From NCBI GenBank assembly GCA_964653975.1, contig CAZZIG010000039.1, positions 1-60,928 on the forward strand: a stretch of DNA of 60,928 nt, in the 5' to 3' direction. The stretch comes from an uncultured Acidimicrobiaceae bacterium (GTDB lineage Bacteria > Actinomycetota > Acidimicrobiia > Spongiisociales > ZC4RG35). The notes under the pieces were generated by a model. It worked only from the letters and a program-made list of their open reading frames with translations. It did no database searches and was not told where the DNA came from. Position 1 is the first letter of the stretch. Each line of letters begins with the position of its first letter. Below are positions 46,235-56,964 of this stretch, one piece after another. The position numbers and the translations under genes are program-made.

Positions 46235-47935
46235 TCAGTCGTCGACCACCTTGGCGCCCAGCTCCGATTCGAGGAGTGCGGCCGGGTCGTTGGCCGTTTC
46301 AGGTCTCTCCTCCAGCTGGTCGAGGTCGACGTCCTCGTCGCTGCCACCACCATCGTCACTCTTCAGGCGGAACTCCACCCTGACAGGCCCACCCAGCAGG
46401 TCACCGGCCTTGGCGGCGACGATTGGTGCGACCGCATCGTCCTGTTCGAGCGCACTCAGGTGGAAGTCGTGGGCCACCTCGAGGATGATCTTGTTCCGCT
46501 CGACCGCGGCGGGAACCGCCTCCCGGAAGAAGGCCCAGCGGCGTGCCCCGAGGAGGTCGCGCAAGCCACCGAACAAACCCGGCCAGATGCTCTGGAGCTG
46601 TTCGAAACTGATGTCGATGGGGGGACGATCGTCGTCATCGGACTCGTCTTCGGTCACCAGAGGCGCTGCCGCCTTGGTCAATTCGTCCTCTCTGGTAGGC
46701 TCGGGCCCATCTTCTGGCTCGATCGCCTTTGGCTTGGGCACGGCGGTCGGGGTCACCGTGGGCGATGGCGTCTCCCCCGGCTTGCCGAGCCGACGCTCCA
46801 GCCGGTCCATGCGGGAGATCAGGGCTTCAGGGTCGGTTGCAGTCTCGGGTCGGGTCAACTTGATCAGGGCCAGCTCGGTCATCAGACGCTCTTCCCGACC
46901 CTCGCGAAGACGAACCAGGGCCTCGGCGAGAAGGTCGACCGCCCTGAGCACCTCCCCCGACGGGACTATCTCGGCAGCCTTCCTCCACGACTCGTACACC
47001 TCTGGCGGTTCGTCTGCTATCTCGGCGAGGTTCGGTGCGTAGTGGGCGAGGAACACGCCCCGGAAGAACCCGATGGACTCGGAGACGAATCTCCTCAGGT
47101 CGACACCGGAGGCAGCCAACTCGGCAACCAGCTCCAGGGCCGACTTGGCATCCTGGGCAGCGATGGCCTCGGCGAGACGTTGGAAGGCCTCGGATCCGGC
47201 CAAACCCAGAGCACGACGGACCCCGGCCACGTCGGCCGTACCCGAGCCCAAGGCGGCCACCTGCTCGAGCAGCGAAAGCGAGTCACGGACGGAGCCGCCG
47301 GCGTGTCGTGCGATGGCAATCAGTGCCGAAGGGTCGGTCTGGTAGGACTCCCTGTCGGCGATGGAGCTGAGATAACCGGCCAGTTCCTCGACAGGCACCG
47401 GATGGAAGTCGAAACGCTGGGTGCGGCTGCGAATAGTGTCGAGCAGCTTGTACGGCTCGGTGGTGGCGAGCACGAAATGGACGTGCTCGGGAGGCTCTTC
47501 GAGAGTCTTGAGCAAGGCATTGCCCGCCGCCTTGGAGAGCATGTGGGCCTCATCGAGGACGAATACTCGCTTCGACGTCGCCGCCGAGGCGACCGTGGTC
47601 ACGCTCAGCTTGATGTCCCTGATGTCGTCGACCGAGTTGTGGGACGCGGCGTCGAGCTCCATGACGTCGAGACTGTTCCCCTCGGCGATGGCGACACAGC
47701 TACCGCACTGGCTGCAGGGCGAGCCGTCGGCATTGCGGTTCTCACAGTTGAGGGCCTTGGCGAGGATGCGGGCGGTTGTCGTCTTCCCGGTGCCCCGCGG
47801 ACCTGTGAACAGATAAGCGTGGGCGACCCGGCCGTCGGCGACCTCCCTGGCGAGTGTGGTGGTCACGTGGGCCTGGCCGATGACGTCATCGAAGGTCTGC
47901 GGACGATACTTGCGGTAGAGGGCTTGATACTGCAT
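46235..47935 (-). CDS. dnaX: DNA polymerase III subunit gamma/tau
   Basis: ALYRKYRPQTF, GPRGTGKTT, ELDAASH, DEAHML, NALLKTLEEPP, SRTQ. Confidence 0.97.
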   Translation of the reverse strand: MQYQALYRKYRPQTFDDVIGQAHVTTTLAREVADGRVAHAYLFTGPRGTGKTTTARILAKALNCENRNADGSPCSQCGSCVAIAEGNSLDVMELDAASHNSVDDIRDIKLSVTTVASAATSKRVFVLDEAHMLSKAAGNALLKTLEEPPEHVHFVLATTEPYKLLDTIRSRTQRFDFHPVPVEELAGYLSSIADRESYQTDPSALIAIARHAGGSVRDSLSLLEQVAALGSGTADVAGVRRALGLAGSEAFQRLAEAIAAQDAKSALELVAELAASGVDLRRFVSESIGFFRGVFLAHYAPNLAEIADEPPEVYESWRKAAEIVPSGEVLRAVDLLAEALVRLREGREERLMTELALIKLTRPETATDPEALISRMDRLERRLGKPGETPSPTVTPTAVPKPKAIEPEDGPEPTREDELTKAAAPLVTEDESDDDDRPPIDISFEQLQSIWPGLFGGLRDLLGARRWAFFREAVPAAVERNKIILEVAHDFHLSALEQDDAVAPIVAAKAGDLLGGPVRVEFRLKSDDGGGSDEDVDLDQLEERPETANDPAALLESELGAKVVDD

Positions 47936-48096
47936 CGGGTGGTGCTCCCACCGTACATGGCCGCGGCGACTGATTCAGCCCCGAAGAGGGCGACCCGGAT
48001 GACGTGATCTCACCTCGGGCCGGCGGACGCCGTGCCCGGGCCGTATTCGAAGCCAGAGGTTCATTTATCGCTGTCAACCGTCGATACTTCCTCACA

Positions 48097-48909
48097 GTGA
48101 CCCAGTCCCTCACCGACGAACCTGCCATCGACCTCGTCCCGTCCCGCCCCGCGGTGTGGTCGCGCGGCCTGGTGCGCAGATTCGGCAAGACCACGGCGGT
48201 GGACCAGGTCGACCTCTCCATAATGCCCGGCGAGTTCTACGGGCTGCTCGGCCAGAACGGGGCGGGTAAGACCACCACCATCAAGTGCATCGTTGGCTTG
48301 CTTCGGCCCTCGGACGGGACCGTCGGCATCGGCGAGTTCGACACCTGGGCCCATCCCACGGAAGTCAAGTCGCGCATAGGTGTGCTCCCGGAGGAGTTCA
48401 ATCTCTACGAGCGTCTCACCGGAGCCGAGTTGCTCGACTTCACCGCGGCCATGCACGGTCTGGACAAGGCCGAAGCCGCGAAGCGACGCAATGAGCTCCT
48501 CGAGATGCTCGACCTCGGGAACGCCGGCTCCAAGCTCATCGGTGACTACTCCCGGGGGATGAGGAAGAAGGTGGCCCTGGGAGCGGCAATCATCCATCGG
48601 CCTCCGGTCCTCTTCCTCGACGAGCCGTTCGAGGGGGTCGACGCGGTCTCGGCGCGACTGATCCGCAATCTCCTTCAGCAAGCGGCGGCAGGTGGGACCA
48701 CGATCGTCTTCTCCTCACACGAGATGCATCTGGTCGAGAAGCTCTGTACCCGAATCGGGATAATGGTGGAGGGCCGGCTCACCATCGAGGAGACTCCCGA
48801 GGGCCTGTGCAAGCTGACTGACAGAGACAACGTCGAAGACGCTTTCATCGCCGCGGTCGGCGGTGAAGGTGTGGATCACCTCTCGTGGTACGAAACCTCG
48901 TCGGGCTGA
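48097..48909 (+). CDS. ABC transporter ATP-binding protein
   Basis: GQNGAGKTT, YSRGMRKK, LFLDEPFEG. The start is inferred at GTG 48097 (track start is 48004). Confidence 0.9.
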   Translation: MTQSLTDEPAIDLVPSRPAVWSRGLVRRFGKTTAVDQVDLSIMPGEFYGLLGQNGAGKTTTIKCIVGLLRPSDGTVGIGEFDTWAHPTEVKSRIGVLPEEFNLYERLTGAELLDFTAAMHGLDKAEAAKRRNELLEMLDLGNAGSKLIGDYSRGMRKKVALGAAIIHRPPVLFLDEPFEGVDAVSARLIRNLLQQAAAGGTTIVFSSHEMHLVEKLCTRIGIMVEGRLTIEETPEGLCKLTDRDNVEDAFIAAVGGEGVDHLSWYETSSG

Positions 48910-50480
48910 AAGCCCGGCTCACCTGGAACGGCATCCGTGACGACACCCAGCGTCGCTTCGGTTTCCCGATAGCAACGCTCCTCCTCGGCGGGGCCGGCTG
49001 GTATCTCGCCAACGGATATCTCGAAGCAGCCCAGGGGATGAGCCCGGTCGCCCTGGCCAACCTGGCCGGGTGGGGAGCCCTCCTCTTCTTCGCAGCGTGG
49101 GTGACCCTCCCGGTGATCATCTTCCCCCTCGACGAGAACCTCGATCCGCAGCAACTCGCCGTCCTCCCGATCACCCACCGTGAGATAGTCACTGGTCTGG
49201 CGGTGGCCAGCTTCGTCGCCCCGGCAACCGTGGTCCCCGTACTGGTCATGGGAGCCAATGCCTCCGTCCTCTCCGGGGGCTGGTGGATGGTGGTCCCGGC
49301 CTCCCTCGTCTATCTCGGTCTCCTGGCGGTCGGCTCCCAACTCTTCTCGGCGGCGATCTCGGCGATCCTGCGGACCCGGAGGGGTAGAGACATCGCCACG
49401 TTCCTCATCCTCGGACTGGCCGCCGGATCGTTCTTTGCCTACAGGTCCATCGACAGCGCTATCGCGGAGATAGGCGTTGCCGCCGCGGTCACCTCCCATC
49501 CGATCATCGATTGGGCCCTGGTCATCCCACCCGTGGCGGCACAGCGGGCCATCGTGGAAGCGGCCAGCGGTGACCCGCTCGGAGCCCTCGTCTTCCTGGC
49601 GGCGGCCGCCCTCGGGCTGGCTCTGCTCGCCGGTCTGTGGAGACGTCTTCTCGGCTGGATGCTGACCACCCCCCAGGAGGGCAGTCGTCCCGCGGCCCGC
49701 GCCCGGCGCAGCGGCTTCACCTCCGGACTGTGGGGTGTCGTCCCCACCCTCTCCCGAAAAGAGCTGCGTTTCTACGTACGCGACCCTCGGCAACGGTTGG
49801 TCTGGACAGGAACCGTGATCTTCGTGGGTCTCGCCGTGGCAGGCACCGTCATGGGGACCACCGGGTTCTTCGACATCCGCGACAACGACTGGGCACCGTT
49901 GATGGCTCCTGTTCTGGTGCTGTTCGTCGGTCTCCCCATCGCCCTCAACCTCTTCGGATGGGAGCGCAACGCCGCCAGTTATCTGTTCGTCCTGCCCGCC
50001 ACGCCCCGTCAGCTCCTCCTGGGGAAGAATCTGGCCGTGGCCACCGCCCTGGCCATCGAGACCGTCCTCCTCGCCTTGCTGCTGTCGCTGTTCACCGGGT
50101 TCTGGCAGTGGACGTGGCTGGTGGGCCCCCTGGCCGTGTCCGCCATCGGATGCCAGTTGGCGGTGGGCAACTTCGTCTCCGTCCTCACCCCGCTGCGGCT
50201 TCCCCGGGAAGGGACCGATGTCTTCGCCCAGTCGACCGAGCAGGGCTGTCTCGCCATCGTCAGCCAGACGCTGTCCTTCTTCACCATCGGCCTCCTCCTC
50301 GTCGTTCCCTCCTCGATCATGGCTCTCACCGTCTCCTTCGGGCGCCCCATCCCACCGTGGTTTGCGGCCACCGCCGCCATCGCCTGGGGTCTCCTCGTGT
50401 ATGGGGTCTCACTCTGGCTGTCCTCGAAGCTGCTGCGACGGCGACTTCCCGAGGTGATGGCCTGGGTGCAGGTCGTCTGA
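48885..50480 (+). CDS. ABC-2-like multi-TM permease
   Basis: About 14 TM helices; LAVLPI, RKELRFYVRDP, NLFGWE..A; paired with the upstream ATPase. Confidence 0.8.
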   Translation: MVRNLVGLKARLTWNGIRDDTQRRFGFPIATLLLGGAGWYLANGYLEAAQGMSPVALANLAGWGALLFFAAWVTLPVIIFPLDENLDPQQLAVLPITHREIVTGLAVASFVAPATVVPVLVMGANASVLSGGWWMVVPASLVYLGLLAVGSQLFSAAISAILRTRRGRDIATFLILGLAAGSFFAYRSIDSAIAEIGVAAAVTSHPIIDWALVIPPVAAQRAIVEAASGDPLGALVFLAAAALGLALLAGLWRRLLGWMLTTPQEGSRPAARARRSGFTSGLWGVVPTLSRKELRFYVRDPRQRLVWTGTVIFVGLAVAGTVMGTTGFFDIRDNDWAPLMAPVLVLFVGLPIALNLFGWERNAASYLFVLPATPRQLLLGKNLAVATALAIETVLLALLLSLFTGFWQWTWLVGPLAVSAIGCQLAVGNFVSVLTPLRLPREGTDVFAQSTEQGCLAIVSQTLSFFTIGLLLVVPSSIMALTVSFGRPIPPWFAATAAIAWGLLVYGVSLWLSSKLLRRRLPEVMAWVQVV

Positions 50481-50523
50481 CGCCGCGTAGCTTCTAACCC
50501 CATCGTCGAAGCAAGGAGCGCAG

Positions 50524-51249
50524 ATGGCACCCTCGGAGACCTACGCCGTCGACTTCAGTGACCTGAAGGCGATCTTCGTCAACACGACTCTCAAGAAGTC
50601 GCCGGAAACGTCGAACACGCAGGGGCTCATGGACATCTCGATCGAGATCATGCGAGGTCGGGGTGTCGAGGTGGGCACGGTGCGCGCCGTCGACCACGAC
50701 ATCGCCACGGGCATTTGGCCCGACATGACTGTTCACGGCTGGGACTCCGACGAGTGGCCGTCGATCTTCTCGAGGATTCTCGAAGCGGACATCCTCGTCC
50801 TCGGCACCCCGATCTGGCTGGGGGAGAAGTCGTCGGTCTGCACCCGGGTCATCGAGCGGTTGTACGGCAACTCGGCGCAGCTCAACCCCCAGGGCCAATA
50901 CGCCTACTACGGAAGGGTGGGCGGGTGCATCGTGACCGGGAACGAGGACGGGATCAAACACTGTGCGATGGGCATCCTCTACTCGCTGCAACACCTCGGA
51001 TTCACCATCCCGCCCCAGGCGGACGCAGGCTGGATCGGCGAGGCCGGCCCCGGTCCCTCCTACCTCGATGAAGGCTCCGGTGGCCCCAAGAACGAGTTCA
51101 CCAACCGAAACACCACCTTCATGACCTGGAACCTGCTCCACCTGGCGCGCATGCTCAAGGACGCCGGTGGTGTGCCCGCACACGGCAACCAACGATCGAA
51201 GTGGGAAGCAGGATGCCGCTTCGACTTCCCCAACCCGGACTACCGATGA
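50524..51249 (+). CDS. Flavodoxin-like NAD(P)H-dependent FMN reductase family protein
   Basis: NTTLKKSP..SNT, ADILVLGTPIWLG, VTGNEDG. Confidence 0.88.
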   Translation: MAPSETYAVDFSDLKAIFVNTTLKKSPETSNTQGLMDISIEIMRGRGVEVGTVRAVDHDIATGIWPDMTVHGWDSDEWPSIFSRILEADILVLGTPIWLGEKSSVCTRVIERLYGNSAQLNPQGQYAYYGRVGGCIVTGNEDGIKHCAMGILYSLQHLGFTIPPQADAGWIGEAGPGPSYLDEGSGGPKNEFTNRNTTFMTWNLLHLARMLKDAGGVPAHGNQRSKWEAGCRFDFPNPDYR

Positions 51250-51373
51250 GCTGAGGCCGCTCCGGGCCGCCGTCTTCGACGCGATAGGCGTAAGCCCTCT
51301 CGATCCCGTACTCTGCCGGGCGCCCAGGGGAGACCGCTTCCAAAGCGACGACGCTCGCGCGCCCAGAGCGTTC

Positions 51374-52486
51374 ATGGCGTGGGCCGAGACCGCCGCCCGA
51401 CTCGGGTTGGCTCTGTTCTTCCTCTACGTCTTCCTGACGGGCGTGAAGTCATTGGAGACAGGCATCGCCTCTCTGGGAAGCGACGCCATCGACCAGATAT
51501 TCGGCTCGGTGGTCAACCCGGTGGCCGGTCTCGCCGCCGGGATCCTGGCAACCGTGTTGGTCCAATCGTCTTCGGTCAGCACGGCCACGATCGTCGGGCT
51601 GGTCGGCTCCGGTGTGCTCCCCTTCGAATACGCCATCCCGATGATCATGGGAGCCAACATCGGGACCACCGTCACCAACACGCTGGCGTCCCTGGGCCAT
51701 GTCCGCCAGAGTGCCTACTTCGAGCGCGCCCTCGCCGCGGCCACGATGCACGACTACTTCAACCTCTTGACCGTGGCAGTGCTGCTGCCGCTGGAGGTCA
51801 CCACCCGTCTGGTGTCGAGGATCGCCATCTGGCTGGCAGACCTCTTCGACGGTCTCCTTCCCGAGGTCGATGCCGGGTCGAGCCCGATCAAGGACGCCGT
51901 CGCCGCGCCGGTGCAATGGTTCGAAGACACCCTGTCGTCGTTGGGATGGGGCGCAGTCGAAGGAGCCATCCTCCTCGGCATTGGGTTCGTCCTCATCTTC
52001 CTCTCGCTCTGGCTGATAACCCGCAACATGCGGGCGGTCATGTCGGGTCGCATCGAGAACGCCATCAACGGGATCCTCGCCAAGGGGGCCGGTGTGGGGG
52101 CAATGGTGGCCGGGGTGCTCATGACGGTTGCGGTGCAGAGCTCCAGCATCACGACATCGATCCTGGTCCCCTTGGTGGCGGCCGGCGTTCTCACCTTGCG
52201 AAACGCCTTCCCCGTCACCCTCGGCGCCAACGTAGGGACGACGGTCACGGCACTCCTCGCATCGGTGGCCGCCGAATCTCCCGACGCACTGATCGTGGCG
52301 GTGGCACACCTCGTGTTCAATGTGTTGGGAATCCTGATCTTCTACCCGTGGCCCCCGTTGCGGCGGATCCCCCTGCAACTCGCCACATGGACCGCCGCGG
52401 CGGCGGTGAAACGGAAGGCCCTCGTGGCCGGATACGTCGTCGGCCTGTTCATCATCTTCCCGTTGGTCGTACTCTTGATTGCCTAG
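51374..52486 (+). CDS. Na+/phosphate cotransporter (NptA/NaPi-II-like)
   Basis: Two QSSS repeats (LVQSSSVST, VQSSSITTS), GANIGTT and GANVGTT. Start approximate. Confidence 0.92.
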   Translation: MAWAETAARLGLALFFLYVFLTGVKSLETGIASLGSDAIDQIFGSVVNPVAGLAAGILATVLVQSSSVSTATIVGLVGSGVLPFEYAIPMIMGANIGTTVTNTLASLGHVRQSAYFERALAAATMHDYFNLLTVAVLLPLEVTTRLVSRIAIWLADLFDGLLPEVDAGSSPIKDAVAAPVQWFEDTLSSLGWGAVEGAILLGIGFVLIFLSLWLITRNMRAVMSGRIENAINGILAKGAGVGAMVAGVLMTVAVQSSSITTSILVPLVAAGVLTLRNAFPVTLGANVGTTVTALLASVAAESPDALIVAVAHLVFNVLGILIFYPWPPLRRIPLQLATWTAAAAVKRKALVAGYVVGLFIIFPLVVLLIA

Positions 52487-52503
52487 CGCCGTAGGAGCCA
52501 CTC

Positions 52504-53184
52504 ATGTTCTCGATATTTCGCGACTCTGATCAACTCGAAAACGTCGAACAGCGGTTGGCGGGGATGCTCGCCCAATGCCAGGACGCCTACGACCTCGCCA
52601 CCCGGGCCGTCTTCGGCGAGGCCGACCCGACGGCCGCCGGAGAGGAGCTGTTGGCCTTGGACCAGGAGATCAACCGGACCGAGAGGGCCATTCGCAGAGA
52701 GCTATTGGTTCACGGCACTGTCCGTGGCGCCGAGCTCGACCTCGGTTTGATGCTCACCTACATGTCCGTGGCCAAGGACATCGAACGGATCGGGGACAAG
52801 TGCAAAGACATCTGGGAGCTGACGGGGATGGGCGCCAATTTCAGCGTGGGCGATGACCTCGAGGAGCTCACCAGGCACCGCGAGCACGTCGCCCAGCTCA
52901 TAACCTGGACCCTCGGCGCGTTCACCACCGAAGACGCCGAGAAGGTCCACGAGTTGATCTCGACGATCGACGACGACGCCGACCACTACGACACCCATGT
53001 CCTCCATTTCGTGCAGTCTGACCTGCCCTCACGTCACGCCGCCCCCCGCGCCCTCTTCTACCGGTACATCAAGCGGCTCAGCCGCCATCTCTCCAACATT
53101 CTCTCCTCGGTCGTGATGCCCGTCGATCGGCTCGACTTCTACAAGAAGTCGAAGGCGATCGACATCCTGGACGACGAGACCTAG
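52504..53184 (+). CDS. PhoU-domain protein
   Basis: DQEINRTERAIRR, KDIERIGDKCK; helical PhoU repeats; directly follows the Na/Pi gene. Confidence 0.85.
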   Translation: MFSIFRDSDQLENVEQRLAGMLAQCQDAYDLATRAVFGEADPTAAGEELLALDQEINRTERAIRRELLVHGTVRGAELDLGLMLTYMSVAKDIERIGDKCKDIWELTGMGANFSVGDDLEELTRHREHVAQLITWTLGAFTTEDAEKVHELISTIDDDADHYDTHVLHFVQSDLPSRHAAPRALFYRYIKRLSRHLSNILSSVVMPVDRLDFYKKSKAIDILDDET

Positions 53185-53218
53185 CCGGGTCTCCGACGGT
53201 GACCAACCCAGGGTTGTA

Positions 53219-53237
53219 GACGTCGCTGGGCGACGTC
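53219..53237. terminator. Hairpin between convergent phoU-like and MFS genes
   Basis: GACGTCGC-TGG-GCGACGTC. Confidence 0.45.
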
Positions 53238-53263
53238 CAGGACCCAGAGTCGAAGCCGGGTCC

Positions 53264-54508
53264 TCATACCGTGCCACGCCCGGGTTTCGTGGCGACTGGC
53301 GGGACGGGCGTCACTCTCAACTCCCGGAACAACCAGTAGGAGAGCAGACCGGAGACCAGGACGAGCGAGCCTGAGGCCAGGAAGACGTTGCGGGTCCCGA
53401 TGGCGGCGGCAGTAACGCCGGCGATACCCATCGAAGTGATGTTGGCGGCGGAGATGAGTGTGTTGAGAGCACCTCCGACCCGCCCCCGCATCGAATCCTC
53501 GATCAGGGTCTGGCTCAGAGTGTTGGCGCCGGCCTGCACCGGCCCCACGCAGAGACCGACGAAGAACAGGATGATCATGACCTGCCACACCGCACCAGCT
53601 CCCGACACCGCGGCAACGAACACGCCCACCCCGACGAGCCCGAGGCTCACCAGATTGGAGGGCCGCAGCCTGGCGGCGAGCACGGCCACCAGGGTGCCCG
53701 AGATGACCAGACCAGCCACCTGACTCGCCTCCACCGCTCCCAGGAAGGCCTCGGACACCGCCAAGTCCTCGATGAGAAAGGGCACGAACAACACGTTGAC
53801 CGCCCCGAGACCGAGCATCGTCACCGACAATGAGACGAGTACCGCCCGGAGTGGGCGGCTGGAGACCATGACACGGAATCCGTCCAGCATGTCCGCCCAC
53901 ACCCTCGACTCCTTGTCCCTGCGAGGCACCCCGTCGGTTCTGATCCGGCTTATCAAGAGGAACGAGACGAAGAAGGTGGCGGAATCGACGACGAACGCCA
54001 GAGCCAACGTGTCAGAGACCGCGGCGAGGACACCGGCTGCTCCCGTTCCCAAGAGATTGAAGATGATCCGGGATGTCTGGGACACCGAGTTTGCCGCCAG
54101 GAGTCTCTCCTGACCGACGACGGCGGGCAGGAAAGCGGCCCGGGCCGGATTGAACACCGTCCCGATGGCGGCCTGTGCGAAGCCGATGGCGAAGATCACC
54201 GGAACCATCTCCTCGCTGCGCGCGAACAGGAAACAGAGCACCACCATCGCCCGGAGCAGGTCCGAGATGAGCATCGCCTTCTTCCGGTCAACGCGGTCCA
54301 CGTAGACCCCGGAGAGGGTCCCGAACACCAGGGTCGGCAAGGCGATGGAGACCAACAACCCGGCGAGGGCGACGGTCGAGCCAGTGAGCCGCTGGATGAG
54401 GATGAGGAGGGTGAAAAAGGTGAGATTGTCTCCGAAGTCGGAGAGGATTTGAGCCGTCCACAGATAGCGATAATCCCTGATCCGCAGCAGGTCCCGCAGT
54501 TGACTCAT
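53264..54508 (-). CDS. MFS transporter (DHA3/macrolide efflux-like)
   Basis: YRYLWTAQILSDFGD, GVYVDRVDRKK, FNPARAAFLP; 12 TM helices. Confidence 0.9.
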   Translation of the reverse strand: MSQLRDLLRIRDYRYLWTAQILSDFGDNLTFFTLLILIQRLTGSTVALAGLLVSIALPTLVFGTLSGVYVDRVDRKKAMLISDLLRAMVVLCFLFARSEEMVPVIFAIGFAQAAIGTVFNPARAAFLPAVVGQERLLAANSVSQTSRIIFNLLGTGAAGVLAAVSDTLALAFVVDSATFFVSFLLISRIRTDGVPRRDKESRVWADMLDGFRVMVSSRPLRAVLVSLSVTMLGLGAVNVLFVPFLIEDLAVSEAFLGAVEASQVAGLVISGTLVAVLAARLRPSNLVSLGLVGVGVFVAAVSGAGAVWQVMIILFFVGLCVGPVQAGANTLSQTLIEDSMRGRVGGALNTLISAANITSMGIAGVTAAAIGTRNVFLASGSLVLVSGLLSYWLFRELRVTPVPPVATKPGRGTV

Positions 54509-55074
54509 TCCGGTCCCATCAACGGGACGAAGACGATCGAGAGGGAGAAGTCGACACCGTCGGCAGTCGCTTCGTCGTCCTCCATCTCTTCGAGGAGATG
54601 ATGGATTCGGTCGGTCAGCCGCTCCATCTTGGCTTTCGATATCCGGGCCTGGCCGCGCACCAACGTGCCGGGATCCGTTTCGGGAGCACCGGTCTCGAAG
54701 TGCCTGGTGAGGAAGACTTCGGCATCGAGACGCGCCGGGTCGAGAACGACTGCTGCGGCGATGCGGGCCATGGCGGCCGGGTCGCCTCCCGACTGCAGCA
54801 GCTTGGAACCGGGACGGAACGTCCGCGCCGTGGTCTGATAGACCTTCTCGACGATCGCTCCGACCTTGCGCTCCTCCACCACCCTGATGAGACCGGCGTC
54901 GGCCAGTTGGTTCACGTGGTAGTAGAGACGGGTCACAGGAACACCGAGACTCTCGGCGAGGGTCTTGACCGGTTTCGGCTCCAGGAGCTCACGCATGATT
55001 CGATGGCGGAACCGACTGTTGAGGACCTCGAAGACATGACCGTCCTCGATCTCGTAGACATCTTCCAGCTTCAT
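54505..55074 (-). CDS. ArsR-like winged-HTH regulator with C-terminal extension
   Basis: FRHRIM, LAESLGVPVTRLYYHVNQLADAGLIRVVEER, EKVYQ. Confidence 0.88.
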   Translation of the reverse strand: MKLEDVYEIEDGHVFEVLNSRFRHRIMRELLEPKPVKTLAESLGVPVTRLYYHVNQLADAGLIRVVEERKVGAIVEKVYQTTARTFRPGSKLLQSGGDPAAMARIAAAVVLDPARLDAEVFLTRHFETGAPETDPGTLVRGQARISKAKMERLTDRIHHLLEEMEDDEATADGVDFSLSIVFVPLMGPE

Positions 55075-55085
55075 GGGGAAGATCT

Positions 55086-55121
55086 TTAGTTCAAACTAAC
55101 TGAATGTTCAAGCGACTTGAA
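55086..55121. promoter_or_regulatory. Two inverted repeats upstream of the HTH gene (putative operator)
   Basis: TTAGTT-CA-AACTAA (55086-55099) and TTCAAG-CGA-CTTGAA (55107-55121). Confidence 0.45.
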
Positions 55122-55173
55122 TAGGAGCCCATTCACTTGAAAGGTCCGCGACGTGAGCGCTTAATCTCACGCG

Positions 55174-55737
55174 ATGCGGTTGGGGATCGATCTAGACGGT
55201 GTGGTGGCCAACTTCACCAAGGGTTGGATGCACTTCTACAACCGTGAGTTCGGCGCCGAGCTCGCGGTGGAGGACTCCCGGAGCTGGGGCGACCTCGTCG
55301 ACCTCACCCACTTCGCCGACATCGACGAGTTCTGGAACTGGTCATCTGACCTCGATGGGCGCTCGGTGTTCTGGCACCTCGAGCCCTTCCCCGGCGCCGT
55401 CGATGCCCTCCGGGAGATGGAGGGTGCCGGGCATGACATCGTCGTGGTCACCACCAAGCCCGCCTTCGCCGTCGAGGACACCCACGAATGGATCGCCGCC
55501 CACGGCATCCCGGCGAAGGAGGTCCACATCCTCGAGGCCAAGTGGCTGGTGCCATGTCACGTCTACCTCGACGACGGCCCACACATCCTGCCCCGGCTCG
55601 TGGAACATCGGCCCGATGCCACGGTGTGTCGCTACGTGCGCCCATGGAACCGCCCCTTGCCCGGGGCGGTCGACGTCCGCGACTTCGACGAATTTCGCGA
55701 AGTGGTCGATCGCTTGGCGGTACGCGGGACTAACTAG
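55174..55737 (+). CDS. 5'(3')-deoxyribonucleotidase-like HAD (NT5C family)
   Basis: IDLDGVVANF, LEPFPGA, VVVTTK, YLDDGP, RPWN. Confidence 0.85.
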   Translation: MRLGIDLDGVVANFTKGWMHFYNREFGAELAVEDSRSWGDLVDLTHFADIDEFWNWSSDLDGRSVFWHLEPFPGAVDALREMEGAGHDIVVVTTKPAFAVEDTHEWIAAHGIPAKEVHILEAKWLVPCHVYLDDGPHILPRLVEHRPDATVCRYVRPWNRPLPGAVDVRDFDEFREVVDRLAVRGTN

Positions 55738-55836
55738 CTAGCCTCGCTCCGGATCGAATTGTTGGGTCCTGGGAGTGGAACCGAATCGGTGAGAGTTCCA
55801 GGAACCGACGCGATCCCAAATATCAGGAGGAAGTAC

Positions 55837-56940
55837 ATGAAGAGAAGATCTCTCTGGGCACTGCTCGCGGTGCTCGCCCTCGTGGTAGCCGCCTGTGGCG
55901 ACGATGGAGGTGCGGATGAAACCACCACCACCGCCGGCGCCGCGGACACGACCACCACCGAGGCTGCCCCCGAGGAGACCACCACGACGGAGTCGATGGA
56001 GGCCGAGCTCGGGTCCGCCGAGCGACCGGTCAAGGTGCTTTTCGTACCGTCGGTCGATGCTCAGATAATCGTCGCCGGCGGCGAGATCATGGATGAGGCT
56101 TTGACCGAGGCCACGGGTCTCGAGTTCGAAGTCAGCGTCCCGACCTCGTATGCGGCCACGATCGAAGAGATGTGCGCTAGTCCCACCGACACCATGGGAT
56201 TCATCCCCGCATTTGGTTACGTGCTCGGCTCGCAGCTGTGTCAGGTGGACGTCGCCTTCAAAGCGGTGCGTTTCGGCTGGGGTGTCTATTGGGCACAGTT
56301 CCTGGTCGCACGGGACAGCGACATCCAGTCACTCGAGGACCTCGAGGGTCTGAGCTGGGCCTACCCTGATCCGGGCTCGACTTCGGGATTCCTCTTCCCC
56401 TCCGTGAGCCTCGACGAGGCCGGGGTCGAACCCGGGGAGACCGTGGAGTCAGGTGGTCACCCGCAGGCCGCTCTCGCTGTCTACAACGGTGAGGTCGACT
56501 TCGCCACCACCTTCTTCAGCCCACCGCTGATCGAAGGTGGCGAGTGGCAGCTCGGCGATCCGCCCGACATCCCCGACGATCTCGTGGAGAGCTGTGCTCC
56601 CACCGAGGACGAGGAGCTGTTCTGTGGCGACTACCGCGTGCTCGACGCGCGGGCCAGCGCTATCGCCGACGCTCCCGACATCGTGCAGGCCGTCCGAATC
56701 CTGGACATCACCGCTGAGATCCCTAACGACACCCTGTCCTTCGGGCCCGACTTCCCCGCCGACCTTCGGTCACAGATCGAGGAGGCGCTGGCCGCCTTCG
56801 CGGAGACCGACGCCTGGGACGAGTCGATCGGCCACCAGGACTTCTACAACTGGTCAGGAATCGAGCCCGCGACCGATGCCGAATACGACATCGTGCGCTC
56901 AGTGGTAGACAGCCAGGGCATCACGCTCGAAGACCTGTAG
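55837..56940 (+). CDS. phnD: Phosphate/phosphite/phosphonate ABC substrate-binding lipoprotein (PhnD-like)
   Basis: Lipobox VVAAC, Thr-rich linker, VLFVPS, YPDPGSTSGFLFP, GGHPQA, IPNDT. Confidence 0.88.
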   Translation: MKRRSLWALLAVLALVVAACGDDGGADETTTTAGAADTTTTEAAPEETTTTESMEAELGSAERPVKVLFVPSVDAQIIVAGGEIMDEALTEATGLEFEVSVPTSYAATIEEMCASPTDTMGFIPAFGYVLGSQLCQVDVAFKAVRFGWGVYWAQFLVARDSDIQSLEDLEGLSWAYPDPGSTSGFLFPSVSLDEAGVEPGETVESGGHPQAALAVYNGEVDFATTFFSPPLIEGGEWQLGDPPDIPDDLVESCAPTEDEELFCGDYRVLDARASAIADAPDIVQAVRILDITAEIPNDTLSFGPDFPADLRSQIEEALAAFAETDAWDESIGHQDFYNWSGIEPATDAEYDIVRSVVDSQGITLEDL

Positions 56941-56964
56941 ACGAGTAAACACCTAGAAGGAAGT

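Noticed and set aside
47936-48096. Expected SRP RNA (ffs) upstream of dnaX
   Set aside because: No conserved SRP helix-8 motif (CAGG...GGAA...GCAGC) found on either strand.
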